IMG/VR virus record: IMGVR_UViG_3300005844_000023
Coordinates: 1,507 to 65,506 of that record
Origin: a virus
Taxonomy: Duplodnaviria; Caudoviricetes
Direction: 5' to 3' (one strand)
Length of the DNA stretch: 64,000 nucleotides
Made by a program: the position numbers and the translations under genes. The notes under the pieces were generated by a model. It was not told where the DNA came from and did no database searches. It was given only the letters and a program-made list of their open reading frames with translations. Position 1 is the first letter of the stretch. Every line of letters begins with the position of its first letter. Shown here in pieces: positions 34,200 to 44,812 of this stretch.

Positions 34200-35588
34200 C
34201 TAGAACCGACAATCCGCTTTCCAATGCGCGCCGAGAACGAAGTTGGCGGCAGTCGCGGCATTGGTGGTGGTCGCGATGTGAAAGCCGCCCTCGTAGCCGG
34301 TCGCGGTCGATGCGCTGCAATCCGCCCCGGCGGTCTCGTCACGCACCTGCGCGTTGGTGGCCGCCGGGTTGTAGAGCGTCATCGTCGGGGCCGTGCGCAT
34401 GCGGGTGCGGAACGGATAGGTGTTCGAGCGCTGCGCGGCCGGGCCAGCGCCGGTTGCGCTGAAGAAGTATTCGCCGGTGTTGATGCCGACGTTCTGCGCC
34501 GGGCTTGTCGCGTAGGCGAATGACTTCTGGAATTGCCGTTCGCACATGATGCGAGTCTGGTCGAACGACGGCATCATCTGCGGAGCCATCTGGATCGGCA
34601 CCGAGACGCTGCCGATGACCAGGCTGACGCCAGTGATCCAGAGGAAGTCGTTGATCGCCGCCGTGCCGTTGACTTGGTTGGCGGTGCCGGTCTTGAAGCC
34701 CGCCTGCCACGACCCGGCAGTCTGGGTGTAGGTCGATCCGACTGCCAGGTTCCACCACAGGATCAGGCCGATATTGGCATCGGTGGCCCAGGTCCCGGTG
34801 GTGTCGGGCAGGATCGGTATCTTGAAGTACTGCCAGTTGTTGGCGACGGTGGTATACTCGTAGGTGAAGCTGCGATCGGTCGCGCCGTTGTTCAACCCGC
34901 CGGTATAGATGCCGCTGCGCGACGCCTGCGCCCAGAACGCCAGCGAGATCGGGTCGGCGTTCGCGCCGCCGAACGACGCTGGCGCGAACCGAAAGCCCTC
35001 GATCGAGTGCGCGATGCGGCAGAAATCGCCCGCCGCGATCGCCGCATCGGCGGTGGTGACGGTGACGCGGGCGTTGAACGGAACGCCGGGAGGGCCGCCG
35101 CCCGCCATTTGCGTCGTGCAGACGACGGCACCGTTGGTGTTGAGCGCGAATTGATCGCAGATGTACTTGCCTGCCCCGGACACGCCGGTCTGCGCGTTCT
35201 GACCGTATTCCTGGCTGACGGCCATCGCGCCATTGACGATCAGATTGTCGCCGCGACAGTTCATCATCATCGTGGTCATGTCGGCCGGGACGTCGACCCA
35301 GACCTCCTTGACGCCAGCGGAGAAGGTCACCAACCCACCGGTGGAGCTCGCCACCACGTCTGCCGCTGCGCGCGTGAAGGTGGTCGCGCCCGTGCGCGTG
35401 CCGTAGCCGACCTCCCACTCGGACCCGCCGAGGATGACGTAGGGAAAGCGCTGGTTGTTGGCGGCCACGACCGACGCGATGGTGCGATAGCCCGCCACCG
35501 CGCCCGCCAGCGTGATGGTCGTGCCGGTCGAGGTCGTCGTCTCGACGGCGCGATCGCCAATGGCCCAGAACTGCGAGACTCCCGTCAT
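34200..35588 (-). CDS. Tail fibre / receptor-binding protein
   Basis: IGDRAVETTT.TGT.TL.GAV.GY N-terminus; NLIVNGAMAVSQ carbohydrate-binding-like domain; C..Q..KS...F.TRMR.APT C-terminus. Confidence 0.75.
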   Translation of the reverse strand: MTGVSQFWAIGDRAVETTTSTGTTITLAGAVAGYRTIASVVAANNQRFPYVILGGSEWEVGYGTRTGATTFTRAAADVVASSTGGLVTFSAGVKEVWVDVPADMTTMMMNCRGDNLIVNGAMAVSQEYGQNAQTGVSGAGKYICDQFALNTNGAVVCTTQMAGGGPPGVPFNARVTVTTADAAIAAGDFCRIAHSIEGFRFAPASFGGANADPISLAFWAQASRSGIYTGGLNNGATDRSFTYEYTTVANNWQYFKIPILPDTTGTWATDANIGLILWWNLAVGSTYTQTAGSWQAGFKTGTANQVNGTAAINDFLWITGVSLVIGSVSVPIQMAPQMMPSFDQTRIMCERQFQKSFAYATSPAQNVGINTGEYFFSATGAGPAAQRSNTYPFRTRMRTAPTMTLYNPAATNAQVRDETAGADCSASTATGYEGGFHIATTTNAATAANFVLGAHWKADCRF

Positions 35589-35597
35589 GTCGTGTCC

Positions 35598-36389
35598 TTA
35601 CAGGCGCTGGCGAATGTTGAGATCGACGCTGTAGAGCGCGGGTGAGACGCCGAGCAGGCTCTGCGTCACCAGGAGATCGCCCTCGATGTAACCCCACACG
35701 GAATCCGACGAGAGATCGGCGCTGGCGGTATCGCGCAGCCACAGCAGGTCTTGATGGCCGGTGTTGCGGATCACCGAACTGATGGCGTCGATGAAACCGA
35801 TGCGCTCGGCCTCGGTGAGAAAATTGAACGCGGCGGCGACGACGACGTGGCCCTGCCGCAGATCGACAAACGTTTGCCCGCCGACGCCGAACACGTCGAC
35901 CGAGCTGCGCACGACGCGGCGCGACCATGTGATCGAGTTGGTGGTGAAGGTGGTGCGCGCCCCGGCGAAGAATCGTCCGGCCTCGATGTAGCTGACGCCC
36001 GCTTGCGCGATGTCGATGCGCACGCGCGCCACCGTCACCGGCGCGGACAGCGTGTAGACGAACAGCCCGTAATTGCTGTCGAAGTACGGCAAGCCGGTGA
36101 TCAGGCCGCTGTCGAACACGTCGCCGAGCTGATCGGGCGAGCCGCTCGATCCGCGCACGCGGAAGCTGTCGGGGTTGCCGCTGACGCCCGCGAGCATGAA
36201 GGTGTCGACCGACTTCGAGGCGTTGAAGGCGGCCTGCACGAAGGTGCTGGTGGCGTTGTCGCGCCATTTCTTGCCGACGTGCGGCGAGGTCAGATTGCTG
36301 ACCGGCGCGGACGTCAACGCCGCGTTCGCCGTCAATGTGGTGGCGGCGAGATCGACGAAGTTGGAATAGGCGATGGATGCGTTGCTCAT
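35598..36389 (-). CDS. Minor tail protein (distal tail-like)
   Basis: Position; Y.EAGR.F.G motif. Confidence 0.65.
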   Translation of the reverse strand: MSNASIAYSNFVDLAATTLTANAALTSAPVSNLTSPHVGKKWRDNATSTFVQAAFNASKSVDTFMLAGVSGNPDSFRVRGSSGSPDQLGDVFDSGLITGLPYFDSNYGLFVYTLSAPVTVARVRIDIAQAGVSYIEAGRFFAGARTTFTTNSITWSRRVVRSSVDVFGVGGQTFVDLRQGHVVVAAAFNFLTEAERIGFIDAISSVIRNTGHQDLLWLRDTASADLSSDSVWGYIEGDLLVTQSLLGVSPALYSVDLNIRQRL

Positions 36390-38119
36390 CCAAAGCCGAC
36401 CATCTCGCTGATCATGCGCGAGCTATCGTCGCTGATCGCGACCAGGCGCAGGTTGCGCCCGGCGGAGAGCCCCAGACGGGAGTCGGTGATGTTCACGGTG
36501 TCTCCGATCTGATGCACGAACAGCGCGTTCTTCAGCGTGAAGCGGAACGCCTGACGTCCCGCCGAATAGAGATCGTAGAGTCGGCCAGCCTCGGCGATGG
36601 CGTCGGCCTGCTCGGAGAAGAACGCTGCGATCGAGTCGGGGTCGGGCGCGTTGGGATAGAGCGCGACGATGGCGGCGAGCGCGGCGGCCGAGGTCGAAGC
36701 CACGCTGTGCGGCGCGCGCAACAGCGCCGAGGCGGCGGCGTCCTCGATGATCTCGCCCGCGAGATCGGTCATCACCGTGTAATTGCGGTGATAGTCGACG
36801 CGCCAGCGCCGCGGCGGCGGATCGACGGTCTGCGGCAATGCGGTGCGATCGACGTCGATCAGCCCTGCGCCGCTCGAGTTGTAGGATGCCAGCGCGACGG
36901 TGTCGGGCGCGTCGAAGCGCGCCACGGTGAGCAATCCCTGCGGCGTCATGCCGTGCCAGCCGCCGATCCCGCCCATCAACTGCGTGAACATCTCGGCGCA
37001 GGTCGTGCTCGACTCGGCGTCGAGATAGTAGCCGATCGGTGCCGATTGCAGCGTGTTGAGCGCGACGAAGCGACCGAGATCGATCTCGCTGTTGGCCAAC
37101 GCAGCCGAGGTTTGCGCGACGTTGAGAATGATGTCGGCGGTGGTGGTGCGCAAGCCGGTGAAATCGATGGTGACTTGCTTGAAGGGCGAGCCGCCGAGCA
37201 CGAAATAGCCGTCGGCGATGCAGGTGGCATAGGCACCGGGGCTGATCGGCGACGGCACCGTCAGCGCAGCCGCGCGCAACAGCGCCACCGTGCCGTAATC
37301 GCCCGCGTTGGTCAGCGCGGCACCGCCGTCCTTGACGGCGTCGATCGAGGCCACGGCCCCGGCGTTGAATTGATAGAGCAGTTCATTGGGCAGAACGAGC
37401 GCGGGCGTGGCGTTGAACACGATGCCGTCGCCGAACGGACGGCGCTTGCCTGCGATCTCGTCGCTGCCTTCGAGATCGCCAGTGCCCGCGTAGACGCTCT
37501 GCTGCACGGCGGTGGTGGCCAACTTCAATTGCGGATCGCGCATCTCGATGGTGAGATGCTGGCGATCAACCAGGAACCGCTCGGCGGTGAGCTTCGCCAC
37601 CAATTCGAATTGCGTGTAGGGGATGATGACGTTGTTCTCGTCGAATTGCCCGAGGCGGACGGTGATGGTCTGACCGTTGATGCTGACGAAGCTGGCAAAG
37701 CCGTCGTAGCTGGCGTCGGCGTTGACCAGCGACAACTCCGAGATGTTGATGGAGAAGCCGCCGTAGCCCTGGCTGACGCCGCCGCCCGCCGAGATCGAGC
37801 GATCGACGCGCAACGTCGGTTCGAGCGTGCCGTCGAACTGCTGGTTGGCGGGCGAGTCGGTCGCCAGCGTGATGAACGGCACGGTGGCGGCGTAGAGCGA
37901 TTGCGAGGCGTCGGGCGACACCGCGAACGAGCGAAAGCTCGTCTCGATCGCGATCACGTTGCGCTGCCGCTCGGCGAGGAGGATGGCGGCGACGTAGTTG
38001 GTGAGATACGCCGACAGCACCGCAGGCGCGGCGAAGCCGTCGATGGTGGTGTCGCCGCTGATGGTCGAGCGCAGCGCGGAGATCGCGGACGACGAGATTG
38101 CGCCCAGGCCGAGAGCCAT
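36386..38119 (-). CDS. Minor tail / baseplate hub protein
   Basis: Position after tape measure; GK.RP..DG.VFN.TP motif; TGATG coupling. Confidence 0.7.
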   Translation of the reverse strand: MALGLGAISSSAISALRSTISGDTTIDGFAAPAVLSAYLTNYVAAILLAERQRNVIAIETSFRSFAVSPDASQSLYAATVPFITLATDSPANQQFDGTLEPTLRVDRSISAGGGVSQGYGGFSINISELSLVNADASYDGFASFVSINGQTITVRLGQFDENNVIIPYTQFELVAKLTAERFLVDRQHLTIEMRDPQLKLATTAVQQSVYAGTGDLEGSDEIAGKRRPFGDGIVFNATPALVLPNELLYQFNAGAVASIDAVKDGGAALTNAGDYGTVALLRAAALTVPSPISPGAYATCIADGYFVLGGSPFKQVTIDFTGLRTTTADIILNVAQTSAALANSEIDLGRFVALNTLQSAPIGYYLDAESSTTCAEMFTQLMGGIGGWHGMTPQGLLTVARFDAPDTVALASYNSSGAGLIDVDRTALPQTVDPPPRRWRVDYHRNYTVMTDLAGEIIEDAAASALLRAPHSVASTSAAALAAIVALYPNAPDPDSIAAFFSEQADAIAEAGRLYDLYSAGRQAFRFTLKNALFVHQIGDTVNITDSRLGLSAGRNLRLVAISDDSSRMISEMVGFG

Positions 38120-38529
38120 CAGGTCAGCACGATCCGAAGCTGCCCGGCCTGGAACTGGACGTGGCGCGAGCCGTTCAGCACCGAACGCGCGACGGGAAGC
38201 GCTTCGTAGTAGAGCATGTTGGCGACGTCGGGCGACACCGTCTCCTCCATGACGCCGACGTAGGTGATGGTGCCCCAATCGGCGGTCGGCGTGGCGAAGT
38301 CGATGTCGGCGGTGCTGGTGGCGATCGACGTGGTGAGATCGAACGCGCCCATGGAACTGGTGAAGGTGACGCGAGCATAGGAACCGCCGGTGACCTCGTT
38401 GGTGATCAGGCCAGCGTCGGTGGGCGATGCCGTGAACAGCGCGAGCTTAACGTTGGTCGGCATGGTGTAGGCGGCCTTGCCGATCGAATGATCGCCGAGT
38501 TTCTTGCGCAGATACGCGGTCATCGGCAT
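38119..38529 (-). CDS. Tail-associated structural protein
   Basis: LALFTASPTDAG...EVTGGSYARV..F...TADWGTITY.GV family. Confidence 0.7.
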   Translation of the reverse strand: MPMTAYLRKKLGDHSIGKAAYTMPTNVKLALFTASPTDAGLITNEVTGGSYARVTFTSSMGAFDLTTSIATSTADIDFATPTADWGTITYVGVMEETVSPDVANMLYYEALPVARSVLNGSRHVQFQAGQLRIVLT

Positions 38530-38531
38530 GG

Positions 38532-41500
38532 CTAGGACGCCTTGCGCGACTGCAGCCGCGTCTCGCGATTGATCAATTCGGTCTGGCCCACCGTCGCGAT
38601 GGTGTTGCGATCGATCGCGACGTTGCCGCGTTCCTGCAGCGCCGCGATGCGATAGAGGATCGCCTCGATGCGCCCGAGTGCGTTCTCGTCGAGGGCCGAT
38701 CCGCCCGCGTTGAGCCGCGTCAGCAACCCGATGTTGGCCTGCGCCACGCTCTTGCGCACGACAAACTCGCCGGGCGTGAGCATCGCCGACACGGTGTCGG
38801 TGCCACCGCCGCCCGCGCGCATCATCGGCAACGCGCCAGCGCCGCCGACGAAGCCGCCCTGCGCCAGGAAGAACTGCAACGAGCCTCCGGGCGCGTACAT
38901 ATGCCCGGTGTGCCCGCTGATCTCGTTCGCGCGCGCGTTGATGCTGCTCAGCGTGTTGTTGCTCTGGCTCGACAGGTTCTCGATCGACAACAGGATCGCG
39001 GTATTGGTTCGGATTTGATCCAGCAGCGTGTTCATCGAGTCGAGGAAGCTGTTGGCGGTGTTCTGTATCGACTGCGTCGTCAATGTCAGCGTGTTCGCGC
39101 TCGCCAGGAGGTTGTTGGCGATCGCGGTCTGGACGTTGGCGGCCTGCGTCGAGGCGTTGATGATGTTCAGCACGCCGGTCTGGATGGTGGCATCGAGTTC
39201 GGCCTGCACGGACGCGGTATCGACCGCCGTGGTGGTGGCAGCGACGGCGGCGGTGGTGCCCGCGATGCCCGGCGCGATGACGTTGAGGAGCGCATTGGCC
39301 ACCGGGTCGGTGCTCGCCGACACCACCGGCAGCCCAAGAAGCCCGGTCTTGATCTCGTCGAGAATGTTCTGGAACCCCGACGACGAGCCAAAGAAGTCCT
39401 GTCCGGCCTTGCGCAGGTCCTCGGCGAATTGCGTGATCGTGTTCTGCGCGTCGAGATTGCCGGATTGCGCCAGCGCGAGTTGCGCGTTGAACGCCGACTG
39501 CGCCGCTTGCAGTCGGGCGCTTGGCGACAGCCCCGCGCCAGTGCCCGCGAACAGCGAGTTGAGATAGGTGGCGATGTTCTTCGCCGCCGTGTTGATGGCG
39601 TTCTGACGATCGAGTGCGGCGCGCTTTTCGTCCTCGACGATCTTGGCGTTGAAGTCGGTGATGATGTTGAGCCGTTCCGCCGCCAGCGTCTCTTCGAGCA
39701 ATACCATGTTGGCACCGCCCGCTGCCGCCTCGGCCTCGCGCTGCTGCTGCGCCTGGCGATCGAACGCCGCGAGTTGCCCCGCCAGCGTCGAGGTGTCGTT
39801 GAGCGCGGCGAACAACCGGTCCTGCAGCGCCTGGGCGCGCTGCGCGGCGTCGGATGCGGTCTCGACGAACGCCGTCACCACGCCCGCGAGTTGCGGGAAT
39901 AGCGTGATCATGTCGTCGAACGCCTGCCCGGTGAGTTTGGCGCTGTTGACGATGTCCTGCGCCTTCAGCGTCAGGAACTGGTTGACGATCGCGGGATCGA
40001 CGCCGAGTGCCTGCGCGTCAGCGATGCTCTGAAAGAGATCGTTGAGGTCGTTGATGAATCCCTTGCCGGAAAGCTGGTTGATCTGCCGGGTGAGATCGTT
40101 GCTGATCTGATCGGCGAGGCGCTTCAATGCCTGCGCGAGATCGTCCTCGACGGCGGCGCGTGCGTCTTCCGCGCTGACGCCGAGCTTGCGCATGGCGGCG
40201 TTGATGTCCTCGGCCTGATCGCGCAGGTCCTTCATCTTCTGTTGCACTTCGGACAGCGCGTCGCTGCCGCGCAGCGACGCGCGCGCGGCGTCGACGGTGC
40301 GCTGCTGGAATTCGCGAAGCTGGTTGGCGGCGTCTTCGATCGCCTTGTTGGCGGCGTTGAATTGCGCCACGGCGAGCGTGGCATCGGAACTGCCCGCGCC
40401 ACCCTTGCTGCCAAGCGCGGACGCTGCTGCCTTGGCCGCTTCGGCGGCGGTCTTGAGCTGGTTGAACTGCGTATTGGCGTTTTCGAGCGTTGCGCTCACC
40501 GGCCCCTGCGCGACAGAAGTGAGATCGCGAAACGATTTCACCACGCCGTCGAGTGCGTCGGTGGCGGAGTTCGACGCTTGTTCGAGTTGCTTGAGAGCTT
40601 CGGCTTGCGCCTCCTGAGCCTTCTTTGCTTCTTCGTTGCCGCCGAACAATTTGCTGGCAAGAAAGGCCACTCCGGTGACGGCCAGATTGGTGCCGATCGA
40701 GGGCAGATCGAAGCCCGCGCCGGATACGCCCTTGATGATGCTTTTAATGGCGGAGCTCGACGCGGTGGAGGCAACCGCCTGCAACGACGCGTGCAGCGCA
40801 TCGGCGGCGCTTGCTCCTTCGAGAAATGCTTTCGCCATGCCGCTGCCCACTTCGCCGACCGCGTCGTTGACGGTACGCAGCGTGGGGTTGAGCGCCGCCG
40901 TGGCGCGGTTGACGGCCTCTTGCGAAATTTTCTCTTGTTTCAATTTCACGTCGAGTTCGGCGAGTTGCAGCGCGTATTTCTCGGCTTCCGTCGCCGCGTC
41001 GCCGAGCGCGCCGACCGTCTCGCGTTGAATGTCGAGAGCCTTGTCCAGCGGCAGTTGTTTGAGCGCGCGCGCGTAGGCTTGCGCGGTGATCTCGCTGCGC
41101 GCCAGTTGCAGATTCAAGTTCGTCTGCTTGGCGGCATATTGCTCGGTCAATGTCGCGGCGTTGCCCATCGCCGACACCGATGCCTGCTGGGTCTGGCTGA
41201 ACACCTTCAATTTCTCGACGTCGAGCGCCTGGCTGTAGAGCTTCTGCGCCGCAGCCGACTCGTGCGCGCCGAACGCGTTCTCCAGATAGGCCGCCGTGAT
41301 CTCGGCTTCGCGGGCGCGATATTGCTGCTGCACCGTGGCGCTTGCGCCCAATGCCTCGTTGATGTTCTTCAATTCGGTGGCGTAAAGCCGCGCTGCCGCC
41401 GCGCGATCGATGTTCTGGTTCGATCCCTCGAAGCGCGTCGCCCCTTGCAGACCGCCGGGATCGCCGCCAGTGAGCGCCGCCGGCTTCGACGTCTTGAGAA

Positions 41501-42809
41501 AGTTGGTGATCAAGCCGATGATCTGCCCGACCGGGCCGAGCAGATTCAGTGCCGCCTGAATGCCGGTCACCATGTTGTTCCAGGCTTCCGGCGATGATTG
41601 CTTGATCTCGACCAACGCGCGCAGCGTGTGGTTGAGCCCCTCGTTCAAGCCGACGAGCTGTTTGAGCATTTCCTCCGCGAACAGCTTCGCGAACAACTGC
41701 GAGTTCTGGTTGCGAGTTTCCTCGAGCAGGCCGTTGAGCACCTTAAGACGCTGAATCTCGTCTGCCGTGAGAATGACGGCGTGCTCCATGCCGTGCGTGA
41801 ACGCCTCGAAGCCTTCCTCGCCGATCTGCTTGACCACGGGCGCGAACAATTGCCCGCCGCGACCGCCTGCGGTCTGCAACAGTCTTGCGGCATTGGTACC
41901 AGCGTCCAGATACGCCTTGCCCAGAACGTCGAGCGCCTCGGCGGTGGTTTTTGTCTCCGCCAGTTGCTTGGCGAACGCCGGGTTGATCAGAACGAGTTGC
42001 TTGTAGAGTTCGCCGCTGCCCCTGCGCGCCTCGGCGAGGTTGATGGCGAAACGATCGATGAAGGTCTGTGCCTGTTGCGCGTCGACGCCCAATTTCTCCG
42101 CGGCGGCGGACAGCACCTGCACCTGTTCTGCCGTCAGGCCCGCGACGATGGCGAAGTTGCTGAGATGCGCGGCCTGCCTGCCGAGGTTTTCGGCCGCGCG
42201 CGCCAGCACCTCGAACGTCACCGCCAGTGCGCCGAGCGCGGCACCCACGGCGACGCCGCCGATGCCGAACGACGTCAGGAATTGTCCCAGCCGCCCGAGA
42301 TCGCTGTTGAATTCGAGAAACTGATGCTCCAGCGTGCTCACCACGCGCGTCAAGCCAGCGAGTTCGGTCGCCTGGTTCTTGGTCTTGGCGGCGTGCTCGG
42401 CTGCGAGCTTGGCTGCCGTGGCGGCGGCCTGACCCGAATTCGTCATGCCCTGCACCAGCAATTTCGACGCGTTGGTCGCCGCCGTCATGCCCTGCAGCAT
42501 TTTCACCGACGCGATCGCGTTGTCGGCTTGCAATGCGGTGGTCTTGGCGATCGCCTCGGCGGTCTGCACCTGCGCGTAGAGCGACTTCGTCATCTGCTGC
42601 TGCGCGGCGGCGGTGGCGGTCGTCTGCTGTTGCGTGGCCTGCGCGCTCTTCGTCGTCTCGGCGGACGCGGCCTTGATCTTGGCCTGCATCTCCTCGACGG
42701 TGATGCCGAGCCGCTTGGCCGCCGCCTCCATCGCCCGCATGCGGCTTTCGGATTCGACCAGCGGTTGGGAATTTACGTCGAACCCAAGAGAGGCGATGTT
42801 GTCGGTCAT
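38532..42809 (-). CDS. Tape measure protein
   Basis: 1425 aa, helical, Ala-rich; follows tail chaperones; N-terminal DNIASLGFDVNS. Confidence 0.9.
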   Translation of the reverse strand: MTDNIASLGFDVNSQPLVESESRMRAMEAAAKRLGITVEEMQAKIKAASAETTKSAQATQQQTTATAAAQQQMTKSLYAQVQTAEAIAKTTALQADNAIASVKMLQGMTAATNASKLLVQGMTNSGQAAATAAKLAAEHAAKTKNQATELAGLTRVVSTLEHQFLEFNSDLGRLGQFLTSFGIGGVAVGAALGALAVTFEVLARAAENLGRQAAHLSNFAIVAGLTAEQVQVLSAAAEKLGVDAQQAQTFIDRFAINLAEARRGSGELYKQLVLINPAFAKQLAETKTTAEALDVLGKAYLDAGTNAARLLQTAGGRGGQLFAPVVKQIGEEGFEAFTHGMEHAVILTADEIQRLKVLNGLLEETRNQNSQLFAKLFAEEMLKQLVGLNEGLNHTLRALVEIKQSSPEAWNNMVTGIQAALNLLGPVGQIIGLITNFLKTSKPAALTGGDPGGLQGATRFEGSNQNIDRAAAARLYATELKNINEALGASATVQQQYRAREAEITAAYLENAFGAHESAAAQKLYSQALDVEKLKVFSQTQQASVSAMGNAATLTEQYAAKQTNLNLQLARSEITAQAYARALKQLPLDKALDIQRETVGALGDAATEAEKYALQLAELDVKLKQEKISQEAVNRATAALNPTLRTVNDAVGEVGSGMAKAFLEGASAADALHASLQAVASTASSSAIKSIIKGVSGAGFDLPSIGTNLAVTGVAFLASKLFGGNEEAKKAQEAQAEALKQLEQASNSATDALDGVVKSFRDLTSVAQGPVSATLENANTQFNQLKTAAEAAKAAASALGSKGGAGSSDATLAVAQFNAANKAIEDAANQLREFQQRTVDAARASLRGSDALSEVQQKMKDLRDQAEDINAAMRKLGVSAEDARAAVEDDLAQALKRLADQISNDLTRQINQLSGKGFINDLNDLFQSIADAQALGVDPAIVNQFLTLKAQDIVNSAKLTGQAFDDMITLFPQLAGVVTAFVETASDAAQRAQALQDRLFAALNDTSTLAGQLAAFDRQAQQQREAEAAAGGANMVLLEETLAAERLNIITDFNAKIVEDEKRAALDRQNAINTAAKNIATYLNSLFAGTGAGLSPSARLQAAQSAFNAQLALAQSGNLDAQNTITQFAEDLRKAGQDFFGSSSGFQNILDEIKTGLLGLPVVSASTDPVANALLNVIAPGIAGTTAAVAATTTAVDTASVQAELDATIQTGVLNIINASTQAANVQTAIANNLLASANTLTLTTQSIQNTANSFLDSMNTLLDQIRTNTAILLSIENLSSQSNNTLSSINARANEISGHTGHMYAPGGSLQFFLAQGGFVGGAGALPMMRAGGGGTDTVSAMLTPGEFVVRKSVAQANIGLLTRLNAGGSALDENALGRIEAILYRIAALQERGNVAIDRNTIATVGQTELINRETRLQSRKAS

Positions 42810-42812
42810 TGA

Positions 42813-43190
42813 TCAACCTCCCTTTCGCTTGTGGGCTTTGCGTTCGGCTTGCGCGACGGCTGCGGCGTCAGCGAGCGCGCGTGACGGCGGCAGCGGTTCT
42901 GCCGGTTTGCTTTTGTCGGCGTGATAGTTGCGGAAGGCGCGGTCGATCTGGCGCAACGCATCGACTTCGCTGGGGCTGATGTTCACGGCCCGCAGCGTCG
43001 ACCATGCCAGAATTTCCTGATGCGACAGCGGCCCCACGCCAAAGCCGATCTCGCGGCAGTCGGCGAGTTCGCCCCACCAGCGCCAGATGTAGGCCAGCGT
43101 TGGTGGCTCGCTCTCGTCGGCAAGCCGTTCGTCGTCGGTGAGAGCGAATTGACGGCCAGCATAGTCGACGAGTTCGTCTACGTGGCCTTG
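42813..43190 (-). CDS. Tail assembly chaperone GT extension (-1 frame)
   Basis: Open -1 frame from the slippery site: FQGHVDELVDYAGRQF...YIWRWWGEL...GPLSHQEILAW. Confidence 0.7.
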   Translation of the reverse strand, partial: QGHVDELVDYAGRQFALTDDERLADESEPPTLAYIWRWWGELADCREIGFGVGPLSHQEILAWSTLRAVNISPSEVDALRQIDRAFRNYHADKSKPAEPLPPSRALADAAAVAQAERKAHKRKGG

Positions 43191-43636
43191 AAAAAATTTG
43201 ATGCGTTGCCGATGAATTCATCGACCTGGCGGCGCAGCCAGCGCGTGGACGAATAAGCCTTGCGATAATTGTCCGCCGACGGTTTGGACGAGCCGTTGTC
43301 GCCGAACATCACGTCCCAGCTCAGGGTCGAATTGACGAGCAGATCGATCTCGTCCTTTTCGCTCATGATCGCGAGCAAGGGCTGGCGCGATCGCATCATC
43401 GCCTGCGCGCGCCGATCCTGGATTTTGCGCTGAAGCTCGATGAAACGGTCGCTCTCCTTGCCCACCAGCGTGATAGTGTAGGGCCGCCCGTCGTCGAAGC
43501 GCAGAACCTCGCCAGTGCCGGGATGCCGGACCTCCATGATCTGGCCCTGGTCCTCGGCTTTTGAGGCGAGATCGGCAAGATTGACCGAGCCGGTTGCTGC
43601 CTTCTCGGTCACTTGATCCTTGGCTGCGTCTGCCAT
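43178..43636 (-). CDS. Tail assembly chaperone G
   Basis: Between tail tube and tape measure; ends in a slippery site. Confidence 0.75.
   Translation of the reverse strand: MADAAKDQVTEKAATGSVNLADLASKAEDQGQIMEVRHPGTGEVLRFDDGRPYTITLVGKESDRFIELQRKIQDRRAQAMMRSRQPLLAIMSEKDEIDLLVNSTLSWDVMFGDNGSSKPSADNYRKAYSSTRWLRRQVDEFIGNASNFFKAT
43190..43196 (-). other. Programmed -1 frameshift heptamer T TTT TTC
   Basis: AAT TTT TTC AAG just before the TAG of the G chaperone; -1 frame open to 42813. Confidence 0.7.
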
Positions 43637-43667
43637 GAAGAATTCCTCCTATTGTTGTTGTTGATTG

Positions 43668-44132
43668 TTACGCCGCCGCCGTCTGGATGATGGTGTCGGG
43701 CTCGATCTCGATCGACGTGTTGATGCGTTTGAGATCGTTCACGCCGCCGCCCGCCGTGGCGTAACCGTAGACGCGACCCTTGAACACGGTGCGCGTCGGG
43801 TTCAGCCCGCTGCCGATGTCGTTCTCTTCGATCTTGAAGTTGAACTTCGAGTTGCGATCGGCCGAGGCGGATCGCAGCGCGATCTGGCCGAGATCGGTGT
43901 CGTCGCGATTGAGCACGATGTCGCACGACGGCGCGAGTTGCGTGCCCTTGAGCTGGCGAGTGTAACCGTCGCCGATGCTTTCCAGCGCGATCTTGTTGAA
44001 GTTGGTGCCGCCGTAGACGCCGAGATTGGACAGGTTGCCCACCTCGACCCAGAGGATGTTGTCGGGTGACGGCACGAGCGTGCCGGTCCCGCCGATGTAG
44101 AGCTTGGTGCCGGCGATTGCGCCTGCGGTCAT
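43668..44132 (-). CDS. Tail tube protein
   Basis: GTKLYIG...W.EVGN.SNLG..G...N.I.LESIGDG.TR.LKGT. Confidence 0.8.
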   Translation of the reverse strand: MTAGAIAGTKLYIGGTGTLVPSPDNILWVEVGNLSNLGVYGGTNFNKIALESIGDGYTRQLKGTQLAPSCDIVLNRDDTDLGQIALRSASADRNSKFNFKIEENDIGSGLNPTRTVFKGRVYGYATAGGGVNDLKRINTSIEIEPDTIIQTAAA

Positions 44133-44188
44133 GACAAATCTCCAATGTTAGGGAAGGTGCCGCGTGAGCGCGGCTCGGTCGTACCGGC

Positions 44189-44629
44189 TCACGCCGGATG
44201 GGGAGCGAAGGTGATGTACGGAACGCTGACGGGGATCATCACCCAGGGGTCGTCCTTGATCATCGAGCCGCGAAATGGATGTCGCCACATCGCGACCGTG
44301 AAGCCGTCCTTGATCAGTTGCTGCCCGCGCGGGAATAGCTCGATGATGCGGGCAGCCAGACGCGCGGGCGCAAGTTCGCCCGAGCCCTGGCCGTAGAACA
44401 CGCTGACTTGCAGCAACCCGTAGTGCTGCAGATCGGCGTTGTAGCCGATCGACGGCGAGAAGCTGTCGGCGGGAAGGAAGTCGGCCTTGAGCCAGAAGAC
44501 GTTGCTGCCGACGGCGGGCGGCGTGAAGTTGATGTTCGGCAGCGCCAGCGGGATCGCGGGCGATAGGCAGAACGCCACCAGCCGGTTGAGAAGCGCCGAC
44601 TCGATCGCGACTTCGACGGAGTCGGTCAT
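44189..44629 (-). CDS. Tail terminator-like protein
   Basis: PN..FTPP......WL....LP...; G.LQVSVF...G.G; ...W..IPVSVPY. Confidence 0.75.
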   Translation of the reverse strand: MTDSVEVAIESALLNRLVAFCLSPAIPLALPNINFTPPAVGSNVFWLKADFLPADSFSPSIGYNADLQHYGLLQVSVFYGQGSGELAPARLAARIIELFPRGQQLIKDGFTVAMWRHPFRGSMIKDDPWVMIPVSVPYITFAPHPA

Positions 44630-44632
44630 GTG

Positions 44633-44809
44633 TCAGCCGCGCACCGGCGGACCGTAAACTTGCCAGCCGAGCAAGAGAAACAGCACGAAATTGAGCAACG
44701 CGCTGCCCTGTGCGCCGTAGCCGCCGACACTGCCCGGCGCGACGAACAGCGCCAAATAGAACACGGCCCAGATGATCATGATGACCCAGAAGATGATTCC
44801 GCGTGACAT
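44633..44809 (-). CDS. Small two-TM membrane protein (MSRGIIFWVIMIIWAVFYL...LLGWQVYGPPVRG)
   Basis: Read manually. Confidence 0.65.
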   Translation of the reverse strand: MSRGIIFWVIMIIWAVFYLALFVAPGSVGGYGAQGSALLNFVLFLLLGWQVYGPPVRG

Positions 44810-44812
44810 GGC

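Noticed and set aside
34339-38209. 684-aa and 624-aa alternative ORFs over tail genes
   Set aside because: They overlap well-supported tail CDSs and have Arg-rich shadow composition.
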